Positions 44,706-55,152 are shown, counted from the first letter of the stretch. The stretch: 64,000 bases of DNA from an uncultured Candidatus Saccharibacteria bacterium (GCA_964532285.1 CAZHHB010000001.1:77916-141915), one strand, 5' to 3'. Notes: generated by a model from the sequence alone, not told the origin. Made by a program: numbers and translations.

Positions 44706-47210
44706 ATGACCGCAAAAGTTATCCATGATAAAAAAAGATTGGTTTTGCTTGATGCTCACGCCATATTACATCGCGCATATCACGCTCTACCGGATTTCTC
44801 TACAGCCAAGGGTGAACCGACCGGTGCACTGTATGGTCTGTCGGCGATGCTTCTTAAAATTATTGAAGATTTGAAGCCGGATTACATAGTGGCTTGTTAT
44901 GATGTGAAGGGTCCGACCTATCGGCATGAAGCTTACAAAAAATACAAGGCTGGGAGGAAAGCGGCCGAAGATGACCTCGTCGCTCAGATGATAAGTTCAC
45001 GCAGAGTGTTTGAAGCATTCAATATCCCTATATATGACAAACAAGGTTTCGAGGCGGATGATATTTTGGGGACGATAGTAGAACAAATCACCCCCACACC
45101 CTCTCGGCCCGACGCGGTCTCCCTTCGTTTCGCTTCGCGAAAGTCGGGAGACGCGTCGCTGCCTGCGGGTGTGGGAGCGGTCGAGATAATCATAGCATCT
45201 GGCGATATGGATACTTTGCAATTGGTCAGTGGCAAAGATGTGAAGGTCTATACTTTGAAGAAGGGTTTGAATGACACGATTATGTATGACGAGGACGCTG
45301 TTAACAAGCGTTTTGGTTTTGGTCCGGAACTCATACCTGATTACAAGGGACTTCGTGGAGATCCATCGGATAACATCATTGGCGTGAAGGGTATAGGCGA
45401 GAAAACTGCCACGATATTGATCACGACATTTGGGACTATTGAAAATATGTATAAGGAGTTGGAGGCTGGTAATGACAATAAATTCAAAAAGGCTGGCATT
45501 ACTCCGCGCATCATTCAATTACTCAGAGACAATAAAGAAGAGGCAGAATTCAGTAAAATGCTGGCTACAATCCGTCGTGATGCACCGATAACATTTGAAT
45601 TGCCTAAGAAGACTTTCAGAGATGATTTGGATTTGAGGAAAGTGAAAAATCTATGGAATGAATTGGAGTTCAGGACATTGGGGCAGAGGCTAGATAAAGT
45701 TATGCATCCTGTAGTTGGGAACAAGATTGATGTGGGTGTTGTTGATGGGGAAGAGAGTTATAAAGTTAAAAGTGCAGAAAACACAAACCAACAGTCACTT
45801 TATGAGGCTGTTTCCAGTGATGAATTAGAGAAAACAGGTATAGCCCTGTGGCTTATTAATTCCAATATCGTAAACCCGAAACTTGAAGATGTTTTGAATT
45901 TTGTGAATACAGAAGACTTTGAGATTGCCAAGAAAAAGATATTTGAAGAATTGGATCACCTAGATCTGCGCAAGGTTTATGAAAACATTGAATTACCCCT
46001 GATCCCAATCACTCACAAGATGGAAGAATGTGGGGTAAAAATAGATCGTGTTGTATTACAAAACTTGGCGAAAACATATCACGCCGAAGTAGATAGGTTG
46101 AATAAAGAGATAACGAAATTGGCCGGCATGGAATTCAATATAAACTCCCCAAAACAACTAGGCGAAGTTTTGTTTGATAAATTGGGTCTAGTCGGGAAAA
46201 ATATGAAGAAAACTTCTGGCGGGGCGCGTTCTACTAGAGAATCAGAATTGGAGAAACTCCGCGGTTCGCACCCGATCATCCCTTTGATATTTGAACATCG
46301 CGAACTGCAAAAACTCCTATCTACTTACATAGATGCCATACCGCCGCTTCTGGATGACAAAGACAGATTGCATACCGATTTCATACAATCAGGCACTACT
46401 ACTGGTCGCATGGCTTCGCAGACACCAAATCTACAGAATATCCCGATCAAAACAGAACTCGGCAAAGCTATACGCAATGCTTTTATTGCGGAGAAAGGAT
46501 TCAAACTCTGTAGTTTTGATTATTCACAGGTGGAGCTTCGCATCGCTGCCTTTTTGTCCGGTGATGAGAAATTGTTGGAAATATTCCGAAAAGGGGAAGA
46601 CGTACATACTTCGGTAGCATCTTTCGTATTCAAGGTTCCGCGAGACGAAGTCACTCCAGCTATGCGTCGTCAGGCAAAGGTTATTAATTTCGGAATAATA
46701 TATGGCATGGGAGTGATGGCATTGAAACAAAATCTTGATACGACCAGAGATGAGGCGCAGAAGTTTTTGAATAGTTATTTTGAAACATTCAAAACCCTCG
46801 CTGATTATCTAGATAATGTGAAGAAGGAAACGGGGGAGCGCGGATACACGACTACTTTCTTCGGTCGCAGACGATCTTTCGAAGGCATAAATTCCAAGAT
46901 TCCATATATAAAGGCGGCGGCAGAACGCATGGCGATAAATGCTCCGATCCAGGGGACTGGAGCTGATATTGTGAAGTTGGCGATGATAAAGATAGATGGA
47001 TATATTAGGAAAAATAATTTGGAGAAAGATGTTTTTCCATTACTCCAGGTGCACGATGAATTGGTCTGTGAAATCCGTAATGAAAAAGCAAAGGATATTT
47101 CGTCTGAAATCCAGAAGATAATGGAGTCGGTGGTTGATCCGAAAGACATCAAGGGTATTGTATTGAAGTCATCGGCTTCTGTTGGTGATAATTGGGGAGA
47201 GCTCAAGTAG
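44706..47210 (+). CDS. polA: DNA polymerase I
   Basis: 5'-nuclease domain (LLDAHA.LHRAY..) plus the family A polymerase motifs A, B and C (DYSQVELR, RRQAKVINFGIIYG, VHDE). Confidence 0.9.
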   Translation: MTAKVIHDKKRLVLLDAHAILHRAYHALPDFSTAKGEPTGALYGLSAMLLKIIEDLKPDYIVACYDVKGPTYRHEAYKKYKAGRKAAEDDLVAQMISSRRVFEAFNIPIYDKQGFEADDILGTIVEQITPTPSRPDAVSLRFASRKSGDASLPAGVGAVEIIIASGDMDTLQLVSGKDVKVYTLKKGLNDTIMYDEDAVNKRFGFGPELIPDYKGLRGDPSDNIIGVKGIGEKTATILITTFGTIENMYKELEAGNDNKFKKAGITPRIIQLLRDNKEEAEFSKMLATIRRDAPITFELPKKTFRDDLDLRKVKNLWNELEFRTLGQRLDKVMHPVVGNKIDVGVVDGEESYKVKSAENTNQQSLYEAVSSDELEKTGIALWLINSNIVNPKLEDVLNFVNTEDFEIAKKKIFEELDHLDLRKVYENIELPLIPITHKMEECGVKIDRVVLQNLAKTYHAEVDRLNKEITKLAGMEFNINSPKQLGEVLFDKLGLVGKNMKKTSGGARSTRESELEKLRGSHPIIPLIFEHRELQKLLSTYIDAIPPLLDDKDRLHTDFIQSGTTTGRMASQTPNLQNIPIKTELGKAIRNAFIAEKGFKLCSFDYSQVELRIAAFLSGDEKLLEIFRKGEDVHTSVASFVFKVPRDEVTPAMRRQAKVINFGIIYGMGVMALKQNLDTTRDEAQKFLNSYFETFKTLADYLDNVKKETGERGYTTTFFGRRRSFEGINSKIPYIKAAAERMAINAPIQGTGADIVKLAMIKIDGYIRKNNLEKDVFPLLQVHDELVCEIRNEKAKDISSEIQKIMESVVDPKDIKGIVLKSSASVGDNWGELK
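45090..45180 (+). repeat. in-frame GC-rich palindromic insertion inside polA
   Basis: cccacacc ... ggtgtggg and cgacgcggtctccc ... gggagacgcgtcg. It encodes about 27 extra residues (TPTPSRPDAVSLRFASRKSGDASLPAGVGA) at a position where E. coli PolI has about 10. Confidence 0.45.
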
Positions 47211-47335
47211 GAAAGAGCGGTGGCATTTTATTTCCAAGGACGCGGATATTTTCCTGCTGGAAAATTCCTAGTGCTCGCGCCAGTCGCGCTCGCAGTGTCC
47301 TTGGAAATAAAATGTCACCGCTCTTTCCTTACTCG
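47211..47335. repeat. 32-bp near-perfect inverted repeat around a ~55-bp GC-rich core (polA-holA spacer)
   Basis: ggaaagagcggtggcattttatttccaaggac pairs with gtccttggaaataaaatgtcaccgctctttcc, with one mismatch. Confidence 0.55.
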
Positions 47336-47358
47336 CCATCAAACACTATACTTACAGT

Positions 47359-48105
47359 ATGCTTTACATATTCCACGGCTCCGATATTGCGAAATCAGGT
47401 GACAAAGCAAGGTCGCTTGTCAGTTCGTTGCGCGCAAAGAAAAATGATGCGACTTTTATCTCTGTGGGTGCGAATGATTGGAGTGAATCGGTGATTGAGG
47501 AGAATATCGGCGGGCAAGGATTGTTCTCCAGCAAATATATTATTTTTCTTGATCGGGTAACTGAAAACTCAGAGGCGAAAGAAAAGATCGTTGACTTTAT
47601 ACCCACGATGCACGAGTCCGCGAATATCTTTATTGTTTTGGAAGGCAAGTTAAATGCGGAATTAAAAAAGGCTTTTGATAAATATGCGGAGAAGGTTGTG
47701 ATGTCGGACGAAATCGCCGCCGCATCTTCTTTTGGCCGAGCTACGGAGGGCAAGAGGGAGTTCAATATTTTTGCTCTGGCAGATGCGGTAAGTTCTCGTG
47801 ACAGGATGAAATCTTGGATGATATATCGCCAGGCTGTTGATCGCGGTCTGGAATCAGAGAGTATTGTTGGTACATTGTTCTGGCAAGTGAAGTCCATGAT
47901 CCTTGCAAGTGAAGCTAAAACTGCTGGTGAGTGTGGTTTGAATCCATTTGTTTTCAGTAAAGCTAAGAGGGGTGCGGGCAATTATTCCAAAGAAGAATTA
48001 CGAAACTTATCAGAAAAACTCATCACTATATATCACAACGGGCATAGGGGAATGGGGGATATTGAATTGGGGGTGGAAAGAGTGTTGTTGGGATTGGGGA
48101 GATAA
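47359..48105 (+). CDS. holA: DNA polymerase III delta subunit-like (HolA-like)
   Basis: MLYIFHG.D clamp-loader delta N-terminus. Small size. Adjacent to polA. Confidence 0.5.
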   Translation: MLYIFHGSDIAKSGDKARSLVSSLRAKKNDATFISVGANDWSESVIEENIGGQGLFSSKYIIFLDRVTENSEAKEKIVDFIPTMHESANIFIVLEGKLNAELKKAFDKYAEKVVMSDEIAAASSFGRATEGKREFNIFALADAVSSRDRMKSWMIYRQAVDRGLESESIVGTLFWQVKSMILASEAKTAGECGLNPFVFSKAKRGAGNYSKEELRNLSEKLITIYHNGHRGMGDIELGVERVLLGLGR

Positions 48106-48153
48106 AAATAAATAAAAAGCCGACGAGTGTCGGCTGTGCTGAATGCTCCATCC

Positions 48154-48705
48154 TCAATTGAAAGAGCTGATCGGACGGATATATACGGATGTCTCCTTGT
48201 CCGTATTGTCTTTGTAACGGATTCTGATTGACAGCTTCTCGCCCGTGAGAAGTCTGTACATCCAGTACTTATCACTCGACAACATTTGGTCGTGTGGGAG
48301 ACTGTGTGCGAAAAACCAGCACATCTTTTCGTATTCTTCGTTCGGGGCAAAGATTTTATCTATCCTCCCGATGTTTGCGAGATAGATGTGGACCAACCAA
48401 AGCGGGGTGGGGTTGTCGTTTATGTACCCGCGGAGAATACCGACCTTACGGAAACATCTCAGAGGGATAAATATTCCAGTTTCCTGTAGGACTTCTCTTT
48501 GGGCGCTGTGTTTCTGGCTTTTGTCAGTCGGTTCGGTAGCTCCGCCTGGCGGCACAAATTTGCCGCTTCCGACCACCTTCCGCGTTCTCTTTTCGTCACC
48601 CTTTCTTTTTTTCCTCTTCAAGCCGAGAAGAACTCTCGTCGTCCTTTGCCATATAGGCCTGTCGAGAATGAGGGTAACATTCCCCACATGTGTTTTAGTT
48701 TTCAT
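48154..48705 (-). CDS. NUDIX hydrolase
   Basis: The Nudix-box-like PGGATEPTDKSQKHSAQREVLQETGI carries REVxQETG. A K/R-rich stretch is inserted before the box. Confidence 0.55.
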   Translation of the reverse strand: MKTKTHVGNVTLILDRPIWQRTTRVLLGLKRKKRKGDEKRTRKVVGSGKFVPPGGATEPTDKSQKHSAQREVLQETGIFIPLRCFRKVGILRGYINDNPTPLWLVHIYLANIGRIDKIFAPNEEYEKMCWFFAHSLPHDQMLSSDKYWMYRLLTGEKLSIRIRYKDNTDKETSVYIRPISSFN

Positions 48706-48900
48706 ACGTTTTCAATTCTAAAGAAAGATTACTCCATGCCAGATTATTGTCAATTTATGCATCAACTTACAAAAAGGTGATTGCACAAAGCGTATTTTGT
48801 GATAATCTGTCAATTATCCTCTAGATTTGTTTATTGCGCCCATAGAAGGTTGGCGAAAGGTTAGTCGTTCCTTAAATTTAAAAACATTCTTTAAATATAT

Positions 48901-48973
48901 GCGCCCATAGCTCAGGTGGTAGAGCAACTCCCTTTTAAGGAGTGGGTCGTTGGTTCGAATCCAACTGGGCGCA
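48901..48973 (+). tRNA. tRNA-Lys (anticodon TTT)
   Basis: Acceptor GCGCCCA/TGGGCGC, D-arm TAGCTCAGGTGGTAGAGCA, anticodon stem ACTCC/GGAGT with loop CTTTTAA, T-arm GTTGG-TTCGAAT-CCAAC. Confidence 0.85.
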
Positions 48974-50551
48974 CCCTTCGCTAGATTTTATAAACATGTT
49001 GGAACATATAGGTTTCTTCGTATTTTGGCTTTTTTGTGATACGTGTTCGAGCTTCAAAAGTTGGTCAAAAAGTAGGGAGGGATTTGATTTTATTATAAGT
49101 CCGTCGGAAACTTGGAAATTATCCCAAAAGAATGCCAGGTATTGTCGTTTGAGGTCTGGCGAAGCTTTTATGTAGGCATCGTAAATATTTCTAGTGAGAT
49201 TTAGAATCTCCTGAGCGATATCCATATTCACATTCTTTTGTTTCTCAAGTTCAAACAGCCTGTCATCTATCCTTTGGATTTCTTGGTCTATCTCGGTCTT
49301 CACTCTAGTGAAATCATCATCGGAGATTATATTGGCAAATAGTTTTTCTTCAGCCACCTTTCTCTTTATTTCGTATGCAGTTCGTTGATTGACGCATTCT
49401 TTCCTCTTGATTTCATATGTTTTGCGTCGTTCATAAAATATAGCTTTTGCTTTGCCGATTACCTTATCAATAAACACCTGACTGAATTCTATCGTCTTGA
49501 ATTTCTCTGCGACCATATCTTCAAGCCTCCAAGTCTCAATGTACTTGCCACAACCAGATGGGCGAGAGCAGTGATAGTACGCCTTACTTTTGTTCAAGTG
49601 CCATTCGGCGGAGTAACGACATTCGTGGGTATAACAACGGACGAATCCGCTTAAGAGCCAAGAATATCGTCTCCTACGACAAGCATGCTTATTTTTTGCC
49701 ATCATCACTTTCTGCACTTGATCGAAAAGTTCCTTACTGATAAGAGGTTCATGTTTTCCATCTTTGTTGTGTACATCACTCCAGTGTACTTCACCAATGA
49801 AGAACCTATTTTTTAAGGTGTTATAGAGCTGGGCATCAGACCGTTTACCACCATGCTTTGTTTGTAGTCCTTTCTCAAACATAATGTCGTTTAGTTCGTA
49901 GACATTATAATTACCTGTCGCGTACAGTTTGAACGCTTCCTTAACAAGCGGTCCGTCATGTGGGTCAATGATTATGCTTTTCTGACCAAAGCGCCCAATG
50001 GATAAATTGGGAGTACTAACGTTTTTGTAACCGACTGGAGCCATGCAAGGGTAGTAGCCCGCTTTAGCTTTTTCTTTCATTGTCATGATGACTTTTTCGG
50101 ATGTTATATCCCTGTGGAATTGGTTCATTGATGCCATGACAGTACTGACCATTTTGGAAGTAGCCGAATCATCCATGTCTGGTTGTTGAATACACTTAAC
50201 TAATACTCCATTTTTACGAAACAAATCCATAAGATTTAGGTGGTCTAGGGTATTGCGAGCCAGTCGGTCGCTGTGAACGACATAGATAGCATTGATGGAC
50301 TTTGCCAAGACGAGTTTTATTACCTGCTGAATCCCAGGTCTTTTCAAGGTACCAGCGCTTTTGCCTTCGTCCTTGATAACTTCTAGGATTGAATACCCGT
50401 CTTTTGTGGCGTCTTCGATGCAGATATTCTCCTGTGATTCAATAGAGAGTCCTGTACTTGCTTGGTCATCAGTACTCACACGGCAATAAATGACGGCAAC
50501 CTTTTTGCCCAATTCGGGCATCGTATAATTTTGTGATTGTGAGTTTGTCAT
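48935..50551 (-). CDS. large serine recombinase (integrase type)
   Basis: Resolvase domain (VAVIYCRVSTDDQ with a catalytic Ser), a recombinase domain, and a Cys-rich zinc-ribbon with a coiled-coil C-terminus. The 3' end of the ORF runs about 39 nt into the tRNA-Lys 3' half. Confidence 0.8.
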   Translation of the reverse strand: MTNSQSQNYTMPELGKKVAVIYCRVSTDDQASTGLSIESQENICIEDATKDGYSILEVIKDEGKSAGTLKRPGIQQVIKLVLAKSINAIYVVHSDRLARNTLDHLNLMDLFRKNGVLVKCIQQPDMDDSATSKMVSTVMASMNQFHRDITSEKVIMTMKEKAKAGYYPCMAPVGYKNVSTPNLSIGRFGQKSIIIDPHDGPLVKEAFKLYATGNYNVYELNDIMFEKGLQTKHGGKRSDAQLYNTLKNRFFIGEVHWSDVHNKDGKHEPLISKELFDQVQKVMMAKNKHACRRRRYSWLLSGFVRCYTHECRYSAEWHLNKSKAYYHCSRPSGCGKYIETWRLEDMVAEKFKTIEFSQVFIDKVIGKAKAIFYERRKTYEIKRKECVNQRTAYEIKRKVAEEKLFANIISDDDFTRVKTEIDQEIQRIDDRLFELEKQKNVNMDIAQEILNLTRNIYDAYIKASPDLKRQYLAFFWDNFQVSDGLIIKSNPSLLFDQLLKLEHVSQKSQNTKKPICSNMFIKSSEGCAQLDSNQRPTP

Positions 50552-50749
50552 AGTAGTAGTTTGATTATTTTTTTATTTTATAAACTTGCGCAGAATAAAC
50601 AACCGGAGTTATACACACTAATTACAACTATTAAGAGCTTGCGATTAATGAGTGATTTGGGATTTTAGATAACAATTATTTATTTAATTTCTTATAGGTT
50701 AGTTATTGTACTAAGATGCTTTATAGCTCACTCTAAAGATTCTTTATGG

Positions 50750-51151
50750 TCACCATAAATTAGGTGGCATACTCCTCGGTTTCTTCTTTTCATTCTTGGC
50801 TGTATTTATAATCTTATCCACATACTTCCATCGATCTATTGCTTCTGGTCCCAAATTCAAGCACACTCTTCCGTTGCGGTAACTTTGCACAATAAGTTCA
50901 TCGCGTTTCAATCGTTTCAGAGCCTTGAAGACGGTTACTGATGATGTCCGCGCAATCTTTGCCATTAACTCCTTACTGGCGTAGCAGTACAGTCCTTTTC
51001 GATGGAATGAGCAAACAAGAGAAAGAACAACAACTTCAATCGGGTTCAGATTAAAATATGACGATACACCGCAGTAGACGAGGTAGTACATTTCTTCAAT
51101 GTTCGCCTGATAACCTGTTGTTGGAGTTTGGTTTTCCATTTTTTTGCTCAT
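50750..51151 (-). CDS. winged-helix protein resembling the RepA N-terminal domain
   Basis: ..YASKELMAKIARTSSVTVFKALKRLKRDELI, a helix-turn-helix/winged-helix pattern. Confidence 0.3.
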   Translation of the reverse strand: MSKKMENQTPTTGYQANIEEMYYLVYCGVSSYFNLNPIEVVVLSLVCSFHRKGLYCYASKELMAKIARTSSVTVFKALKRLKRDELIVQSYRNGRVCLNLGPEAIDRWKYVDKIINTAKNEKKKPRSMPPNLW

Positions 51152-51384
51152 TTTGATTTGTAATCTTTTGATCGACCTGTTCAATGAAAATAGACGCCAA
51201 CATTTCTGTTGCTTCATCAATTATTTTTTGATTAATATCTGCGTCTTTCATTGTAAAGACAATCAAACCACGAAGAAAATGAATTTGCCCTTATGAAATA
51301 TTTTTTTGTTTGCATGACAAAAATATCCTTATTTTATAAGGATTAAATTACGATATCTGAAAAATTATCCCAGATATATCCCAC

Positions 51385-52215
51385 TCAGACCTGTATGTAA
51401 TATAAAAATAATTTAAAACCAGACCCCATTTTTTTGATTTCAATAGGCATTCTCTTTTTTGCTATTGATTTTCGCATATCTCTTATAATCTGAAATACTT
51501 CTCTTCGCCAAAAATCGATCACCGCGCCGCTGTAATCTTTACCAATAGAGTTTGCTAAAAAGCTGACACTTACAATGCCACCATTTTTATAAATTCGACC
51601 ACTTGCTTTATCTTTGACCTCTCGTTCCCTCCATAATTTTTGAAAAAATTCTTTACGTCTATTTTCATGAAATGAGATGGCTTTATTCCCAAAACTAAGA
51701 ACACCTCGTTCAAAATTAAATCTTGGTCTCGTTACTCCTTGTTTGTAAGAATGTACAAGTTTTTTTAACTTGCCAAGTCTTTGTAGATTGATTTCAATCT
51801 TGGCACATTGTAATTCAATAGAAATGTGCGGATTGTCGTTATCTATTCGTGTGTAATAATGCAATGATAAAAATACACACTCTTTTAATAAATATCCAAG
51901 AAATTGCTTTATCACTATGTGTTCAAAATATCTTAACTGCGAATCGGTATCACCATCATCAATTATGCGATCAATATCAATATTTATGATTTTTGAACGG
52001 GTCCGTCTTTTTCTGAGCTCTATAGCTTTTTGATAGATTAATTCTGAATAGTAGAGAAAATCCTTTTTTGCCCCAACTCTAACATGTTCAATTTGTTCAA
52101 GAGTAGGTGGTTCTAAACTCGTAATTCCATATTCTTTTTCAGCAAGTTTTAGAGACTCAAGAATAGAGAAGTCTTTAATTTTCGATGGCGATAATTTTTT
52201 AGTTACTTTTTTCAT
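51385..52215 (-). CDS. hypothetical protein (possible replication protein of the element)
   Basis: No motif recognised. It sits next to the iteron-like region. Confidence 0.25.
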   Translation of the reverse strand: MKKVTKKLSPSKIKDFSILESLKLAEKEYGITSLEPPTLEQIEHVRVGAKKDFLYYSELIYQKAIELRKRRTRSKIINIDIDRIIDDGDTDSQLRYFEHIVIKQFLGYLLKECVFLSLHYYTRIDNDNPHISIELQCAKIEINLQRLGKLKKLVHSYKQGVTRPRFNFERGVLSFGNKAISFHENRRKEFFQKLWREREVKDKASGRIYKNGGIVSVSFLANSIGKDYSGAVIDFWRREVFQIIRDMRKSIAKKRMPIEIKKMGSGFKLFLYYIQV

Positions 52216-52682
52216 AGAATACCCCAGTACTTAACAGCTGTTCCTTTGCGTAAAACTAAGTTATAACACATTCAAATCGGCTTTTGTATAGGTAACACCA
52301 AGTTTGTATGTTTTCCATAGAATATCCATAGTTTTCTAATAACTCGTCTTACCCGACATATATCATAGCTCTATCATAGGTCTTTCCAGTAACATTCATG
52401 GTTTTTCTATCTTTAAATCTTAGGTTTTCTAAGGTTCTCTAAGTTATTCACAAATAATCATTTGGTGCTATGATACGGATACAACTGAATATCGTGAAAG
52501 TAGCCTAAACTAGTAAGTAATTATTAGCATGGCAAAAAATCCCATGGAAGATACTGAACCCCACGTTCAGCGCTCTTCCATGGGTTATACCGGGAAACTG
52601 GTATAGAAGCCGTAAGGCTTTGCTGGCGTGGGGCTTAGTGTTTATACACTGACCCCCTACCATAAACTGTGGGTCTTTTTGC
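52216..52682. repeat. iteron-like direct repeats and a nested hairpin (candidate element origin)
   Basis: Repeated ccatagaata / catag units and ttctaaggttctctaag. A hairpin cccatggaaga..(ctgaac cccacg ttcag)..tcttccatggg lies at 52541-52585. Confidence 0.35.
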
Positions 52683-53234
52683 ATGGATAAGAAACAACTA
52701 CAAACAGAAAAGGAAAGTTTTGCTGAAGACGAGGTTTTGTTTTCGGTATTTCAAGGTGCACTTAACCGAGGTTATCCATATCTTGTCTATGAGAAAAACA
52801 CTGATGTAGAGAGAAGGGGAGACTTTAAGATCTACTTGTCAAAATTATTGAGAAAATATCAAGGACTTGTAATACAAAGTCCCGATAAAAATACGGACAT
52901 TATTTCGGATTTTCAAGTAGAGATAAATAGGTCTGAGTTCACTGATATTCTAAAGAAACAGACGATAACATTTGGGCGAGTCCAAAAACTTCTTAATCTG
53001 TATTTGAAGTACCATTGGATTTTTAATTGTGATGAAGACAATTTCGAACCGCCACATTGTCCAATCGATTCTATAATTCTTGGGGAAATAGGATGGGTCG
53101 GTCCTTCATGGGCAAATCCAAGATTCGGTAAAAGCGAATACGATAAAGCTATCGAGAAATGTAAGACGAAAGCCCATGGCGTGAAAATCGCAGAATGGGA
53201 GCTCGTAACATTTAATAATCGAACAAAGGAATAA
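52683..53234 (+). CDS. hypothetical protein
   Basis: 183 aa, no family recognised. Confidence 0.3.
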   Translation: MDKKQLQTEKESFAEDEVLFSVFQGALNRGYPYLVYEKNTDVERRGDFKIYLSKLLRKYQGLVIQSPDKNTDIISDFQVEINRSEFTDILKKQTITFGRVQKLLNLYLKYHWIFNCDEDNFEPPHCPIDSIILGEIGWVGPSWANPRFGKSEYDKAIEKCKTKAHGVKIAEWELVTFNNRTKE

Positions 53235-53350
53235 ATTATGAGTAATTTCTTATCCACACAAAAATCTAGGTTTATTTATTTAACAGCAGTATTTAATATA
53301 AGCAAGTATGTATAACTTCTCTTGAAAATTAATAAATATAAAAAGCTAAC

Positions 53351-54205
53351 ATGAAAATAAGATACACTTTAGTTACATTCGTAATCGCCACACTGATAAT
53401 TCCTAACATAGTTTTTGCTGTGTGGTGGAATCCTCTCTCGTGGTTTAGGAAATCGGTACCAGTATCACAATTATTCTCCTCTACAACTCAACCTACTGTT
53501 GAGGAACTACTGAAAAAGGTCGAGACACTACAGAAACAGATCGATGAGAAAGGTCCTCAACTCAGCCAAACTGTAGAAATTCCCGAAGTGATTAAGAATG
53601 AGCCTAAACAAATAATTAAGACTAGCGTTACATCTAATGATAACAGTCAGTTAAAGAAGGAGTTAGAAGGACTTAGAAATAAAGTAGCCAAAGAAGAGGC
53701 GTGTCGTAGTGCAGATAGTATCTTGAAAGAAGCCCACGATGTTTATGATTCTGGGGTCAGAAGAATAACTAGTGAATATGCTTCGATCAATGAATTGGTT
53801 TCTATAATAGCCAGCACATCACAAGAATATAAAATTATGAGTGAAGATTACAACCTCTTATGTCCAGTACCTACAAGAGAGAACATAATCACCTACTGCA
53901 TGAATTGGAATAGTCATTTGACATATCACAATCATACCCGTGACTATTCTTTGTCAGATGACCCTGAAACTAGAAAAAATCGTATATTTACTTGTGGAAT
54001 AAATGCTAAAGATTTGAACGGTATTATTGTTAGTAGAGCTGATTGGCAGAATAACATTGATAATTTGATAACAACATGGACAAAAGAGTGTGGAAGAATG
54101 AATAAAAACTTTTCAGCTGAATATATTACGCTCCAGAAGAATTACAACCGCTTGTTAGAGCTACAAAAAGAATATGATATTCAAGCTAAATTGTGCAAGC
54201 AGTAA
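53351..54205 (+). CDS. secreted hypothetical protein
   Basis: Signal peptide, several Cys residues and a coiled-coil segment. Confidence 0.35.
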   Translation: MKIRYTLVTFVIATLIIPNIVFAVWWNPLSWFRKSVPVSQLFSSTTQPTVEELLKKVETLQKQIDEKGPQLSQTVEIPEVIKNEPKQIIKTSVTSNDNSQLKKELEGLRNKVAKEEACRSADSILKEAHDVYDSGVRRITSEYASINELVSIIASTSQEYKIMSEDYNLLCPVPTRENIITYCMNWNSHLTYHNHTRDYSLSDDPETRKNRIFTCGINAKDLNGIIVSRADWQNNIDNLITTWTKECGRMNKNFSAEYITLQKNYNRLLELQKEYDIQAKLCKQ

Positions 54206-54223
54206 TATAAGTAACTTATCCAA

Positions 54224-54436
54224 ATGAATACAATACAAAAAATCTTAATACTAGCTAGCATAATACTGACTCTGTCAGCTTCAGTCAGTCTAATTTACTA
54301 TTTTGTCGCAAGACCTATACAACAAGATATACGACTTGATGAATGTCTTGATTCAATGTGGGCTCTTTATGGTAATCAAGACGATTTATATAAGGAGAAA
54401 GTAAATCTTTGCATTAAGGAGATTAAGGGGAATTAA
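54224..54436 (+). CDS. small membrane protein
   Basis: 70 aa with one TM helix. Confidence 0.3.
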   Translation: MNTIQKILILASIILTLSASVSLIYYFVARPIQQDIRLDECLDSMWALYGNQDDLYKEKVNLCIKEIKGN

Positions 54437-54447
54437 ATAATATAAAC

Positions 54448-55152
54448 ATGCGCCTCTGGACTTACATAAAATCCCTGAATAAAAGGCTGATAATTACTGC
54501 AATTGCTTTGTTGGGGTTTATTTCGTTACTTGTCTATTTGGAAAACACACCAAGGATTATGGAATATAAGAACGATGTTGTTCAGGAAAAGAAATCGTAT
54601 ACAGACGAAGATGTAAAACAAATAATGGAGAGAATAGCCAAACTTTCGGCGATCGATTACGACTTCATCTGTCCAGAAAAATATACGGATTCTAAAACTT
54701 ATATTGACGATACAGCGAAGTTTACAAGAAATTATCTTGATATATACCCCGATGCGACAAAAGACGATATATTATATTTTCGTAGTAGTCTCCTGGTAAA
54801 ATATAATTGCTCGGGCTCTTCTTATGGGATAGCGAGGGATAATTCCGCAGAACTTAATCTAAGCGGAAAGGTTGTGTCATTTATGACTTACGGACGAATT
54901 ATAGTAGAGAACCATGTCTCCGATTCGTCGTCATTCGTGTATTTTATTGCAGAACCGACTGATGTAATTACCGATAGTGTCTTCAGATATAGTCCAACGA
55001 CCTTTAGACTAGACGAGGGAGATACTGTTAAGGTCATTGGGAAGGTGATAGACGAATGCTACTGGAATGATGAAGATTATGGTGGTTGCGTGCCTCTGGT
55101 GGAAATAAGAGACTTGCAAAAAGTACAAAGCGACGATATCACCCGTATTTAA
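54448..55152 (+). CDS. membrane-anchored hypothetical protein
   Basis: N-terminal TM helix. No family recognised. Confidence 0.3.
   Translation: MRLWTYIKSLNKRLIITAIALLGFISLLVYLENTPRIMEYKNDVVQEKKSYTDEDVKQIMERIAKLSAIDYDFICPEKYTDSKTYIDDTAKFTRNYLDIYPDATKDDILYFRSSLLVKYNCSGSSYGIARDNSAELNLSGKVVSFMTYGRIIVENHVSDSSSFVYFIAEPTDVITDSVFRYSPTTFRLDEGDTVKVIGKVIDECYWNDEDYGGCVPLVEIRDLQKVQSDDITRI

Noticed and set aside
48832-48858. A 10-nt direct repeat gcgcccatag, 66 nt upstream of tRNA-Lys and identical to the tRNA 5' end.
   Set aside because: It is too short, and it lies on the 5' side, whereas integrases duplicate the 3' end. This is likely chance or an old partial duplication.
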